Of a stretch of 64,000 nt of DNA, positions 39,939 to 51,746 are shown piece by piece. The translations under genes were made by a program, and so were the position numbers. The stretch covers positions 3,658,001-3,722,000 of the forward strand of contig MU058213.1 in NCBI GenBank assembly GCA_013265495.1, read 5' to 3'. The DNA comes from Vicugna vicugna. Taxonomy: Eukaryota. Positions within the stretch are counted from its first letter, which is position 1, and every line of letters starts with the position of its first letter. A model generated the notes under the pieces. That model saw only the letters and a program-made list of their open reading frames with translations. It had not been told where the DNA came from and ran no database searches.

Positions 39939-41469
39939 TACTCAGCCTCCCTTACTCCACCTTTTAAACCTTTAACCTCTCCAGCTGAAAGGAAGAAAGT
40001 AAACAAAGACTGTCTGCTCTTATCTCTATAATCTTATTAGGATCCTCGCTGAATTGCCTAGTCCATGAGACAGAAACATTTTTCTCTGGCTTTCAGCTGA
40101 TTTGCTGACAAGCTGAATGTTACCTCTTTTAATACTGACATTGGCCTTTCCTAATGGGAACCAAAATATATGGTCTTTTCCCCCCTTTTTTATCTGTTGT
40201 TAGTTCAATAACTTCAAGGCATAACTAATCAGTTTAGGGGACCTGAACATTAGAACTGGTGGGAAGATTGCTTCCTGGTGGCAATACACACCTAATACAC
40301 AGTAAGACAAACAGGAAGTTCTCAATATCCTGATAGTTCCAGATGGTAACATGGGAAATTATTTCTCTTCTAGTGTAGAAACCTGGCCTATCAATTTTAC
40401 TGAACACTCCCCAAATAGTGGGCCTTTCTTTGAACACCAGTTTCATGAGAACTTTTATGAGGGAAAAAAAGTCTGTTAAGAGTCACAATATACAGCAACA
40501 TTTTAATAACAGCTCTTAAGACACTGTTGAATCCAGAGTTCATGAAACATACTTGACTTTAGGAACTTTTTCTGAATAACATATTAACACCCTATGGAAA
40601 TATTCTCCCAAGGACCGTATTCTGGGAAACAAAAACTATTACTTCCTCTCTTCCTGTGGTGACTCTCACCAAACCAGGCCTTTTCTGCACCAGACATTCA
40701 GGATTATTTCTTTCACATTTTAAGTGTTAAGCTTGCTATAGCTTTCATGTAGTCCAATTTAACTGAACTAAGTAAGGGGAATAAGTAATATGGAATGGGC
40801 AGCTTTCAAACTCTGCTGAGGTCTACCTGATCCTCTCAGGTTGAATATATCAATAGTAAGATTTTGCCTTGACTGTCAAACTGGTTATGAAAATATAATT
40901 GGATCAGCTCTATAAATCTGTAATATTATAGATCTAAAATTGTTACAACTCATGAGAAATTTAGTTTCAGTCACATTGATAATTATTAAAGTTAAGTAAA
41001 AATCAACTGTTGCATTAAAATATCAAAAAACTTTACTCACAATTATGTTACTAAAAATATTTTCATTTGTCTTTACTGATAAGCAAGCAAAATACTAGGC
41101 TCTAAAAATAGGACAGATTCAATTTTATATTCTTCATTTCCAGTGTATTTCGTAGTGCCATAGTCTTCACAACTGTAATCAATTTAAACAACTAAAATCA
41201 CTTTAGCTCTTTCGTTTTAGCGAGCATATTATGTTTTTTAAATGGCATTCAAGAAACCTGCCTGCAAAAAAGAGACTGCATTTAGAAATACTGACTACCG
41301 AAAAAAGATGAGGGTAGCTTTTAATTTTTTCTTTTCAGATTTCTTTTCAAAGTGGATAATTACTTTCAGGAATATTTCTTAACTATAAGAAGAAGAAGTA
41401 GCAGAATTTTTTAAAATTCATACATAATAACCTCGTATTTAAGACACTTAAAAAGGATATATATACCAC

Positions 41470-41715
41470 AGTTTTTAAAAGTCTGGCTCTGGAGTCAGAC
41501 TATCTGTATTAAAAGCCTAATTCTGCGAATTAGTAAGTTTTATGACTTGAGTAAGTTACTTAACCTGTCTGAGCCTATTTCTTCATTTGTAAAATGAGGA
41601 TGATAACAGATTAACTTCATAGGCAAATTATGAGGACTGAATGATAAAATATGAAAAGCACTTAAATGGCACATGGTAATAAATACTTAATAAATGCTAA
41701 TAGTAATAATGACAA
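41470..41715 (+). mobile_element. MIR SINE
   Basis: GGCTCTGGAGTCAGAC...AAGTTACTTAACCTGTCTGAGCCTATTTCTTCATTTGTAAAATGAGGAT. Confidence 0.88.
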
Positions 41716-42019
41716 CAAGTACAAAGAAACCCTGTTTTGAGGACGTTATAGGCATATTATACATTCTTTTTGATAATTACTATTTGTGGATAATCATTCA
41801 GCAAATATTTACTGAGTATCTTCCATGAACTTGACACTGAACTAAGCACTGGGGATACAAAGACCATAAGACACAGTCTATACTACCAAAAGCTTATTTC
41901 TGGGGAAGAAAACAAATTAATCTGGTAATTACCATACCATATGGTAAGCACTTAAATATGGGTATAAAGTTTTTTGCAAGGTGCATGAAAGCAGGAGTCC
42001 TTAACATGAGAAGGTACGG

Positions 42020-42480
42020 CAGATAGGCTGGACTCGTATGTATACTTCTAAACACCTTCTTCATTGTCTTCCTCTGGTAGAGAGGCTAGAAAACAAAATA
42101 TTCTACCTTAGTTTTCCTTGCAGCTAGGGGCACCCCTGGAGGTTGAAGTCCCTGAAGTGGGTTTTGGGACTAGAACTAGCTGTCCCGAAAATAAAGACAG
42201 GGCTTCCCGAGAAGAAAGTCCTTTTGCCGTCCTCCCTTCTTCCTGCCTTAGTATTTGAATAGAAGGCACACAGAAGTGCAGCAGCCTTCAATGATGTGAC
42301 AGGACAAAAGATGACAAGCAAAAAAGAAAGCCTAGGACTCCAGTGATGTTGCTGAGTTATTGCACCGCTCTTGAATGCCTAACTTTGGACTTATTAGATG
42401 ACACAAACTCTCATTTCTTTAAGCCACCAATAGTTGTGGTTTTCTGTTATCTGCAGCTGAAAGCATTCCTAGTAGATAAA
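42020..42480 (+). mobile_element. Old MLT1 (MaLR) LTR
   Basis: 3' end TTTAAGCCACC...TTTCTGTTATCTGCAGCTGAAAGCATTCCTA. Confidence 0.65.
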
Positions 42481-42948
42481 CAAGCTTTCCAAAAAGGTTT
42501 CTGAGTCAAGTCCAAAAGGAGCAGGAGTTTTCCAAGTGAAGGAAATCTGAGAAGGGCACAGCTGGCAGAGGAAACAGCATCTCCAAAGGCCTGGAGGGGG
42601 AGGCAGCATGGAGTGTTGACACTGGCAGCTGTTCCACAATATGTACCTTCTGGCTTCTTGGACAGCTTCAGCCAGGTGATCCCCACCTTCTCTATCTTCC
42701 ACACTCTGTGCTGGAGGGAGTCAGTACTCTCCCCTCAGTGGTTCCATATGGTAAGCATTCATTCTTAAATGGTTAAGTTCTGGGATGATGAACGGAAAAT
42801 GTGATCCCTGCCTAATGTTTAGACTGCCAGAAACATAAATTGATGGCAGTTAAGTCAGTCAGAGCAACATTATCAATTCATACACACACAACCCCTTCAA
42901 CTGAAGCTGCCATGTGTGCTGACTGTGCCAGGCACTGTGTTCACACTG

Positions 42949-44105
42949 CAGGCACACCTGGTTTTACCGAGCTTCCCTTTGTCGTGCTTCACAGACACTG
43001 TGTTTCTTACCAACTGAAGGACCGCGGCAGCCCTGCACTGAACAAGTCTACTGGCACCATTTTTCCAATACTGTTTGCTCACTTCTTACCTCTGTGTCAC
43101 ATTTTGGTAATTCTCGTAGTGTTTCAAACTTTATCAACATTATTATATTTGTTATGGTGATCTGTGATCAGTGATTGATATTACTGCTATGACTTGCTGA
43201 ACGCTAAGATGATGATTAGCACTTTTTAAATCAACAAAGTTTTTTTTTTTTTTTTGAATGAAAGACTTTTTTTTTAAAATGAAAGTTGATCTGGAAAGGA
43301 GCATCTTGGCTTTCTCTTTACAGTAACAACCAGGCCTGCATCTAATTTCTGTAGCAATATTTGCAAACTGCTTCTGCCTAAGTGTCTTGCAGAGGACTAA
43401 CAGAAAATCAGTTATGTGCCATTTTGCTTTGCTGCAAAAAGAAAAGCTTGGAGGTGTTTTCAGTGTTTTCTTGGAGTCCAACAGGCTAAGTTTAGGTCCT
43501 ATTTTCTTTTGTCAAGCTGTCCACCCTTGAGCAAGCACTCCTAGGTCTGCTTTCCCATATGTAAAATGGGGAAAACTGTATCTATCCCATGGGCTTGTTA
43601 TGAAGATTAGAGGAAATTTTATATGCAGAGTGCCTCATACAGTGCTTGGCTGGCACCATGTAGGAGTTCAGTAGTTATTTGTCTTATCCCCTTTCTATCA
43701 TGGGAGATTGAAAGGAACTGGTAGAAAAACTCATTTAACCCACCTCATTATCTTTTTGTCCTTATTTTATGCATAATCACACCCAGGAGCACTAACGTGA
43801 GGGTCAAAATCAGTTTAAGAAGAAATAATCCATCCCTGGGGTGCAAATAAGCAATGATGGACTGCTTTTAATGGTCTGTGATGTTGGGCTCCCTCAGAAG
43901 GACATCAACAAAGTATTTTTAAATTAAGGTATGTACATTTTTTAAAAGATATAATGCTACTGCACACTTAATAGACTACAGTAGAGTGTAAAGATAACTT
44001 TTACATGCCCTAGGAAACCAAAAAATTTATGTGACTTGCTTTACTGCGATGTTCACTTTACTGCAGTGGTCTGGAACCGAACCCTCAGTATCTGAGGTGT
44101 GCCTG
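42949..44105 (+). mobile_element. Tigger1a-like MITE interrupted by a retroposed insert
   Basis: CAGGCACACCTGGTTTTA at the start and GAGGTGTGCCTG|TA at the end. The two halves rejoin at the duplicated ATCAACAAAGT. Confidence 0.9.
43241..43903 (-). pseudogene. Retroposed poly(A)-tailed non-coding segment (processed 3'UTR fragment or orphan L1 3' transduction), containing a MIR at ~43471-43680
   Basis: T16 tail at 43240-43255; TSD ATCAACAAAGT at 43230-43240 and 43904-43914; TT/AAAAA L1 endonuclease site on the minus strand. Confidence 0.8.
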
Positions 44106-44975
44106 TAATTATCTCACTTAACATTTACAGCAATTTAGTGGGTTAGACACTATTATTATCATTTTTTAAAAAAACATAACTAAAGTAGGTCAAAACTGTC
44201 CAAAATCAGACAATAATGGCAATTGTGGTGGGCAAAGATTCAAACTCAGGTCTGTGTCATTCTACAACTTCAGATCTGGGCCATTCTGTTACACTGCCAG
44301 TTTCCCACAGTTTCTGACCTATTTGTCCCACTTCACTTGCTCAAATCCTTCCTGAATCCATGCAACAAAGTTTTAGTTCCCCATCTGCGATCTGGGGGTG
44401 AGAGCTGGTTATCTCCCAGGCTAGTGTGGAAGGAAGAGGACTACTAAGCCAAGTAGAACAGCAGAGAGGAGGACAATGCCGGGTGGGGGGGGGTCTTTCC
44501 CTCTAAAGGAATAAGACAAGCTTCTGTCCTTACAGGCAAAGTGTGAAGTAATTCCAACAAATAAATTCAAATATTGTAACAAGTGTACGGTCTCTAAAAG
44601 GTCTGAACTGAAGGTGGCAATACTTCTTTATATTTTAAATTGTAATATGTTTAATAATTGATTTATTAGATTATACTCATTCATACATTTAACAAATATT
44701 TATTGATCACCCTGGCGTGAACCTGGGGATATTCCAGTGAATATGGTCCTACACTCAAGAAGCCAAGAACAAATAATGCTAATTATGATTATCACAGAAG
44801 TGACTACATAATACAAATAAAGGTAAGCATGGTATAGGACAGAAGATGCATCAGACTCAGACCTGAGAAACCACAAACAACTTTCCAAAGGCGGGTGGCA
44901 TCTACGACAAATCTTACAACATAACTAGGTATAGCAAAAAAAAAAAAAAAAAAATGTGGGGAGGATAGTCTAGAC

Positions 44976-45182
44976 CAGAGTTCTCAACTTTAACACTATT
45001 GAAAAATTTGGGCTGTTAAGTCTGTTGTGAGGTGATGTCCTGTGTTTGCAGGATGTTTAAACTGCATACTTGTCCTCTACCTACTCAATGCTGGAGAAGT
45101 CTGAGTGTGAAAAACAAATATGTCTCCAGACATTGTCAAGTGTTCCCTGAGGTGCAAAACTGTCTCCAGTTAAGGACCACTG
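44976..45182 (-). mobile_element. MER20, full length
   Basis: CAGAGTTCTCAAC...AAGGACCACTG, with 8 bp TSD GTCTAGAC / TTCTAGAC. Confidence 0.88.
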
Positions 45183-45190
45183 TTCTAGAC

Positions 45191-45403
45191 CTGCACTATT
45201 CAAAAAGGTTGCCACTAGCCACTTGGGGGCACTTAACTTAAAACTAATTAAAATTAAATTAAATTAAAAGTTCAGGTTCTCAGTCATACTGGCCACATTT
45301 CAAGTGCTTAACAAATAGCTCCATGTGTCTAGGGGCTCCCGTATTGAACAGTGCATATATAGGACATTTCTACCACAGTGGAATGTTCTAGTGGAAATTG
45401 CTG
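45191..45403 (-). mobile_element. MER3 (hAT-Charlie MITE), full length
   Basis: CTGCACTATTCAA...GCCACTAGCCAC...CCACATTTCAAGTGCT...GGAAATTGCTG, with TSD TTCTAGAC on both sides. Confidence 0.88.
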
Positions 45404-45872
45404 TTCTAGACTGAGAGAGTGTGTATTCCCTTCTCTTACTCCACAGGTGTAAACTACAGCTTGCGGGCAGTCTGCGGACTGAATAGAAAAAGATGAGGTC
45501 AAACAAGAAAAGTAAAGTCTAAGTACAAAGCGTCTTCAATACCTTAAGAACAACAGGGAGACAGTGAAAGGTCTTAAGCAAGGGTATAAAATAAACAGAT
45601 TCACACTTTATAAAGACGATCATGATGATGCTGTGAAAAATGGAATGAAAGGGGAAAGATGAGAAGCAGAAAAATAGTTGCAGTATTTACAACAAGTACA
45701 GTGATCTGGATTAACGCAGTAGCAGTAGGGACCGACAAAAATGGAGCCATTATGAAGGCAGAACTGATGGGACTTGGTGACTGACTAGATGTGAGGAAGG
45801 TGAGAAAGAAGATAAAAACAAGAATGACCACCTGGTTTTTAGGCTGGATGAATGAGTACATTCACTAAGACA

Positions 45873-46358
45873 ATATGGTAGAAAGAATAGTGGTCCTCCA
45901 AGATGCTCATGTCCTAATCTTCTAATCTCCACAACCTGTGAATCTGTTACCTTACATGGCAAAGGGGACTTTGTATATGTGATTAAATTAAGGACTTTGA
46001 GACAGGGAGATTATCCTGGATTTTCTAGTAGACCCAATGTAATCACAAGTGTCCTGATAAGAGGGAAGCTGAGGGAATTCTGACCACAAAAAAGAGACGT
46101 GTCAGGGCGCTCCAGTGTAAGAAGGACTTCAGTAGCCTTTCCTGGCTTTGAAGACATAGCCACTAAAAGCTAGGAAAGGCAAGGAAACAGATTCTCCCCT
46201 AGAGCCTCCAAAAGGAACAGAGCCCTCCCGACACCTTCATTTTACCTGTGAGACCTGTGTCAGACTGCTGAACTACAGAACTACAAGATAATATATTTTT
46301 GTGGTTTTAAGCCACTACGTTTATGATACTTTGTTATAGGAGCAATAGGAAACAAAAA
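45873..46358 (+). mobile_element. MLT1C/D-like MaLR solo LTR
   Basis: ACCTGTGAATCTGTTACCTTACATGGCAAAGGGGACTTTG, GGAAACAGATTCTCCCCTAGAGCCTCCA, TTTAAGCCACTA...TTGTTATAGGAGCAATAGGAAAC. Confidence 0.9.
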
Positions 46359-47613
46359 GAACTAGGTTCAGAATTTGGAATATGATACAGTAAGACTGGT
46401 TCTAGAGAAGCTGAGTTTGAAATGCCTATGTGGCATCTTAGTAAAACTGGTCAGCTGATAACAGTGGCCTATATGGGTCTGGAGTTTAAGCTGGGGATGT
46501 ATAATTAGGAATCATCAGTGTACTGAGATTAACTGAAACTATCAAAGTAGATGAGATCACCATGGGCAAATGTAGACAGAATGCAGAGGACTTAGGTCAA
46601 GGAATAGAGGGCCCTAAAGCAACTGGGAAAGAACAGTGTAAGATGTAATAGGAAAACCAGGATAGTGTGGTATCTAGGCCTTAAAAGAACAAAAATGAAC
46701 TAAACAAGGAAGAGGGGTGCAGTAAGAGAAATGTCAATAGAGTCAACTGAAAAAGGGTTGTCACATTAGGGTCTGAGACTGTTCATTATTTTTAGCAACA
46801 AGAGGTCATGACATCCTTGATAAACACAAGTTTCAGAGGAATGGTTTTTAAGAGAAGACTTGTTACTGGGGTTGAAGAATGAATTAAAGGTGAGGCAAGA
46901 GACTGAATTCAATCAACACTTTGACTGAACTTTTTTGACTTTCTTCTTCCAAGAGAAAGGAGTAAGACAGAGTGGTAGCTAAAGAAAGGTTGGGGGTTTC
47001 AGGAAGGATTTTTTGTTTTTAATAGATGGAAAAAATTAAGCACTTAACCATTAATGGGAAAAGGCCAGTAGAAAATGAGAGAACAAAATCACAAGAGGAA
47101 GAGAATAAATGTAGTGAATTCTGAGACAGAAGAGATGGGATTCGGGGCCTAGATGGAGGAGACCAACCTTCAGTTAAGCAGAAAGATATTTCTTCTGCTG
47201 GGAGAAAGGGAAGGAAGACAACATACAGAAGTGAGAAACTACCGAGCTGAGAATAAGAAGTGGTTTTAATTGTGTGTAATGCCTACACTGCATCTGACCA
47301 TTTCCTCAGAGAAGGAGGAGCTGAGATCATCTGCTGACAACTGGAGAAAAAGAAGTGAGTTTAGGACAGAAAGTGGATCTACACTGCAAAAACGCTGAAA
47401 GAAAAATCATCTGGAATTCTATACTCAGTGAAAATACCCTTCGTAAATGAAGGGAAGTTAAAGGCTTTTTTAAGATAAAGTAACCCTGGGAGAATTAATA
47501 ATAGACCTACCCTACAAGAAGGTAAGTAGCAAAAGGTATTATACCCTCAACCACACAGGGGATTACAAGACAAAGCCTGTCAGACTGTTAAGAAAGACAC
47601 AAGCATATGATGG

Positions 47614-47649
47614 CAACAGCAGCAGCAGCAGCAGCAACAACAACAACAA
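47614..47649 (+). repeat. Compound trinucleotide microsatellite CAA(CAG)6(CAA)5
   Basis: Read directly. Confidence 0.95.
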
Positions 47650-48029
47650 CACACTTTAAAGACTCAGACTGTTTAAAAGGATGAAAAAAGATACGGCACA
47701 CAAACATTAATTATAAGAAAGATGGAGGGGGCGAAGGTAATAGCAGACAAAGCAGACTTGAAAGCAACAAATGTCACCAGAGATAAAAACAGAAATATCA
47801 TAATAATGAATGAATCAATTCATGAAGAAGAAATAACAATCCTAAATATTTATGTTCCTATTAACAGCTTCAATACATGAAGCAAAGACGGACAGAATCA
47901 GAGAGAAAAACATTCACAATCACAAGTATGAGATTTTAGTATATTTCTCAGTAACCTAAATAACAAGTAAAAGAAAATCAGTAAAGATCAGTATCTCTTG
48001 AAAAACAATAACCAACTGGACCTAATTTA

Positions 48030-48132
48030 TTTATTTATACACATACATATATATATATATATCTGTAAGTATTTATGTATTTATAAGTATATATATATAT
48101 GTGTGTGTGTGTATATATATATATATACACAC
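48030..48132. repeat. Compound (CA)/(TA)/(TG) low-complexity repeat
   Basis: Read directly. Confidence 0.9.
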
Positions 48133-48911
48133 TTAGGAAGAGCAGTCCATCCAAAGACAGAAAATATACACTCTTTTCAAGTACATAAGAAACACTCTTG
48201 CCTGGGGCTGCTCTCATGACCTATTCCACATGGATAATAGTGCTGCCAGAATGATGCTGTCTGTGTTTAAACATAAAAAGGAAAACATAATGACAATGAA
48301 TCAAATAATAGGGAATCTTAATAAAAAGAGAGAAACTAGAACACAGAAAAACATAATCATAAAAAAAAAATTAAGCTTCAGGGACTGGAGGGACGAGAGC
48401 AATCATTTCAATGTATAATGGTAGCTTCCTAAAGAGAGGGGAATCCAAGGGAGAGGAAAAGTATTTAAAGAAATAATGGCTAAAAACTTTCCAAGTCAGA
48501 TTAATCTACATATGCAAACTCAGCAAACCCAAAGCAGGATAAACACAAAGTGACCCATACTTACACATACAATTGTTAAAATGTTGAAAGCAAGAGTAGG
48601 TGGGTGAGCAAACAAAGAAGTGAATGAATTTACGAATGAATCTTGATGGCATCATGTACCAGAAAACAACATGATTAATGACTGTCTTCTCATCAGAAAC
48701 AATAAAGGTCAGAGGCAGCAGAATAACACACTCAGAAATGAAAAATAGGCAAAAACCTGTTAACCAAGAATTCTGTATCTAGAAAAACTATCTTTCAAAA
48801 CTGATGGCAAAATAAAGACATTCACAAAAAAATACAGATCAAGAGAATGCATTATGAGCAAATCTGCCTTTATAAGAAATACTGGAGGAAATCCTTTAGA
48901 GCAAAAGAAAT

Positions 48912-49680
48912 CATTCTTAATTCCTGTCTCTCCCTCCACATTCAGTACATCAGCAAGCAAGGCCCACTGGCTTTATATCCAAAATATGCCTTGAATCCAT
49001 CTATTTTTTTCCTCGTCTTCCACTGCCATCATCTGAGAGCCTTGAATTCCCATTTGGACAGTCTAACTGGTATTCCTGCTTCTACTCTTAATCCTCTATA
49101 AGCCCATTTTCCAGCAACAGCTAGGGTATTGAAAAGAAAATCTAGATCATACTATTCTCCTACTTAAAACCCTTCAATTGACTTTCCATGCACTGTGAAT
49201 GAAATCCATACTATTTACCACACCTAAGTAAGTCCTATCTGAACTTTCTTCCTATCCTCCTCCTCTTCCTCCGTTAGTTCCAGCACACTAGGTTCTGTGG
49301 AGTCTTCAAATGTCCTAGACTCATTCCTGCTTCAGAATTTTTGTACTTACTGTTTCCTCTGTCTAGTCTGTGTCACAGGCAGATCATCTCATAAAACTGG
49401 CTTCCTATTCAGGTCTCCTCTCAAATGTTATTTCCTCAAACAGACTTCCTAATCTCCCAATCTAAGGTTACCCTACTCACCATCAGTTGTCTCCTTTTGT
49501 CTTTTAAAAATTTTGTAGCAGCATTTATCTTTATCTGAAGTTTTAACGCTTATTTATTTTACCATTCATTTAATGTCTAGCTCAATAAAACTGAAGGATA
49601 ACGAGGATAGAGATCTTACTACTTGCTCACCAACCACATATAACTTTAAAACTTAAATGCTAAGAATAAACATTTCTGAA
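48912..49680 (+). mobile_element. L2 3' fragment
   Basis: CTAACTGGTATTCCTGCTTCTACTCTT, ACTTAAAACCCTTCAAT, TTCAGGTCTCCTCTCAAATGTTA. Confidence 0.75.
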
Positions 49681-50263
49681 CTCCTGAAAGATTAAAAAAA
49701 GCTTTTCGTTTTTATTTAGTATTTTATAAATGCCATAATTCATAACTTATACCAGTCTTCTGCCTCAGTTTTCTCAATGAAGAGGAAAAACTGAATACTC
49801 CAACATTATCTCAGATACTGAAAAAAAAAAACAGCCAGGTGGCTTAAAACAGAAACTTAATCTGTCTTGTAAATCTCCCAATCTAAGGTTACCCTACTCA
49901 CCATCAGTTGTCTCCTTTTGTCTTTTAAAAATTTTGTAGCAGCATTTATCTTTATCTGAAGTTTTAACGCTTATTTATTTTACCATTCATTTAATGTCTA
50001 GCTCAATAAAACTGAAGGATAACGAGGATAGAGATCTTACTACTTGCTCACCAACCACATATAACTTTAAAACTTAAATGCTAAGAATAAACATTTCTGA
50101 ACTCCTGAAAGATTAAAAAAAGCTTTTCGTTTTTATTTAGTATTTTATAAATGCCATAATTCATAACTTATACCAGTCTTCTGCCTCAGTTTTCTCAATG
50201 AAGAGGAAAAACTGAATACTCCAACATTATCTCAGATACTGAAAAAAAAAAACAGCCAGGTGG
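49451..50263 (+). repeat. Exact 392 bp direct duplication (49451-49842 and 49872-50263) with a 29 bp junction
   Basis: Line-by-line comparison shows no differences, including the A7 and A11 runs; offset is 421. Confidence 0.95.
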
Positions 50264-51712
50264 TCTTAGACAGGATCTGTATCTGTCTCGTTTACCACTG
50301 TATCTGACACCCAGAACAAGGTCTGGAACAGAGTAACTTTGCAGTAATTATTGAATGATAAACAATAAGACTCTTTAGAGTTGGGAGAGAGAGAATGCTT
50401 GGGGGGGTGGGGGTTGGCAATGTCAACCCTCCATCCCCAGTCACCACCTCCCTAGGTCTTAAGAACACTACTGAATATATTTTAATAGACCGAATTTCTT
50501 GAAGACAAGGAAACATGTCCTTTTAATTCTGTACTCCTTATATCCAACACTGGCAGACAGAAGATGTTCAATCGTCATTTTTTGAAGTAAACACAAAAGC
50601 ATCAGTTTCTTCATTTGTAAAAGAGAGGTAACAAGATTATCTACTTCAGAGGGTTACTGAGAGAGAGAAAAAAAAAAGACAATAAAGAGTAAGCAAAAGG
50701 AAAAGGGGAAAACATCCCCACAAAGTCCTCTTTCCTAACTATTAGGTTAGAAATACATACAAGAACTGATCAAATTACCGCTTCTCCTGTAAGTATTCTT
50801 GTTTGTTCACCTACCTAGAAGCAAATAATAATGTTATAACCTAATAAGATCACATACTGTCTCAGCACCAGACACTATCGACCTTGCCTCCCAACAAGAA
50901 AAGTTATTAGCTTACAGGAAGGACCCAAAGCTGAATAAGAAAGCTCTGATGTCACAAGCAGAGAAAGAGGACTACCTGCAGTGACGCTGTGGGGGATCTA
51001 ACAGTGCAGAGTCACTGAATACTCTAGTGCTGAGGAAGTATTCCATTAGTAAGGATTTCAAGGAAGAAGTAATTTCTATTCCAGTAGTCTCAGTATCCAC
51101 ATACTCCTTCCCTTATGTTTGAGAAAAATCTATAGAACTACAAATACTATCTAAACTTAAACTATTTTTGTGGCTTTACCTCCCGAAAGCCAGCAACTCA
51201 AAACATGAAAAGTATATTACAACTAACCCATGAAGTATTTTAAAAAGCTTTCATTAAACAAATTCTTAGAGTCTGTAAGTTTAACCTAAATGTAAGCTGT
51301 TATTGTGTCTTTAATTCCTGAAGTCTAGCAACCCAAATATGAAAAATATGCTATCACAACAAAACTAACCCATAAAACATCTTAAATTTTTTCTTTAAAA
51401 AATTATTTGAGACATTAGAACAGAAAAATATACATCCAATTTATTAAATGTTTAAGTGAACTTTAGTAAAGGCCAGTAAGTTTCAAAAACATGCAATTAC
51501 CTCAAATTATGATTTCACCATTGATGAGATACTATAAGAAAGTATTTAGATAGATTATAGCCAGCTCACATCTAGGGTTGTAATTAAACGTCAAATTTTA
51601 TTCACTAAAATTGAGTTATATTTAAAATAAATATTTACTCAAAAATAATATTTGTTATTTAATCGGAAAAGTCTTATTACAATAGAACTTTAAGATTAGT
51701 TATTTTACTTAC

Positions 51713-51746
51713 CAAAATGCAGTCCACTTTAGATTGTATAGTTTTG
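51713..51746 (-). CDS. RFX7: RFX7 internal coding exon, 34 nt (phase 2 to 0), (C)KTIQSKVDCIL
   Basis: Minus strand reads cctaactttc-T11-ag|CAAAACTATACAATCTAAAGTGGACTGCATTTTG|gtaagt: branch-point CTAAC, pyrimidine tract and consensus donor. The peptide matches the RFX7 N-terminal region and joins in frame to the next exon. Confidence 0.95.

Larger units (their letters stand above)
42900..44280 (-). mobile_element. MIR split in two by the Tigger1 MITE (halves ~42900-42948 and ~44106-44280)
   Basis: TGTGCCAGGCACTGTGTT on the left; ATTATCTCACTTAA...ACTATTATTATC...GATTCAAACTCAGGTCTGT on the right, colinear with antisense MIR. Confidence 0.7.
44680..47350 (-). mobile_element. Fragmented L2 hosting MER20, MER3 and an MLT1 LTR
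   Basis: CATTCATACATTTAACAAATATTTATTGA (antisense L2 3' end), GGACTTGGTGACTGACTAGATGTG, TGAGTTTGAAATGCCTATG. Confidence 0.75.
47385..48905 (+). mobile_element. Two adjacent old L1 fragments (ORF1 end plus ORF2 start, ~47385-48195; ORF1, ~48270-48905)
   Basis: GAATTCTATACTCAGTGAAAATACCCTTC and a second GAATTCTGTATCTAGAAAAACTATCTTTC; AAATAACAATCCTAAATATTTATG (endonuclease region). Confidence 0.75.

Noticed and set aside
43152..43481. 109 aa minus-strand ORF in the retroposed insert
   Set aside because: Non-ATG start, reads through the poly(A) into Tigger sequence, no recognisable protein similarity.
47614..47649. Polyglutamine coding exon on the + strand
   Set aside because: Embedded in an L1 remnant, stop codon shortly after, no splice context.
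48030..48132. Hairpin or miRNA-like symmetry in TA/CA/TG repeats (also ~55170-55222)
   Set aside because: Self-complementarity follows trivially from dinucleotide repeats.
50511..50520. Single p53 half-sites (AAACATGTCC here; AGACATGTTC near 39473)
   Set aside because: No adjacent second half-site; lone decamers are frequent.
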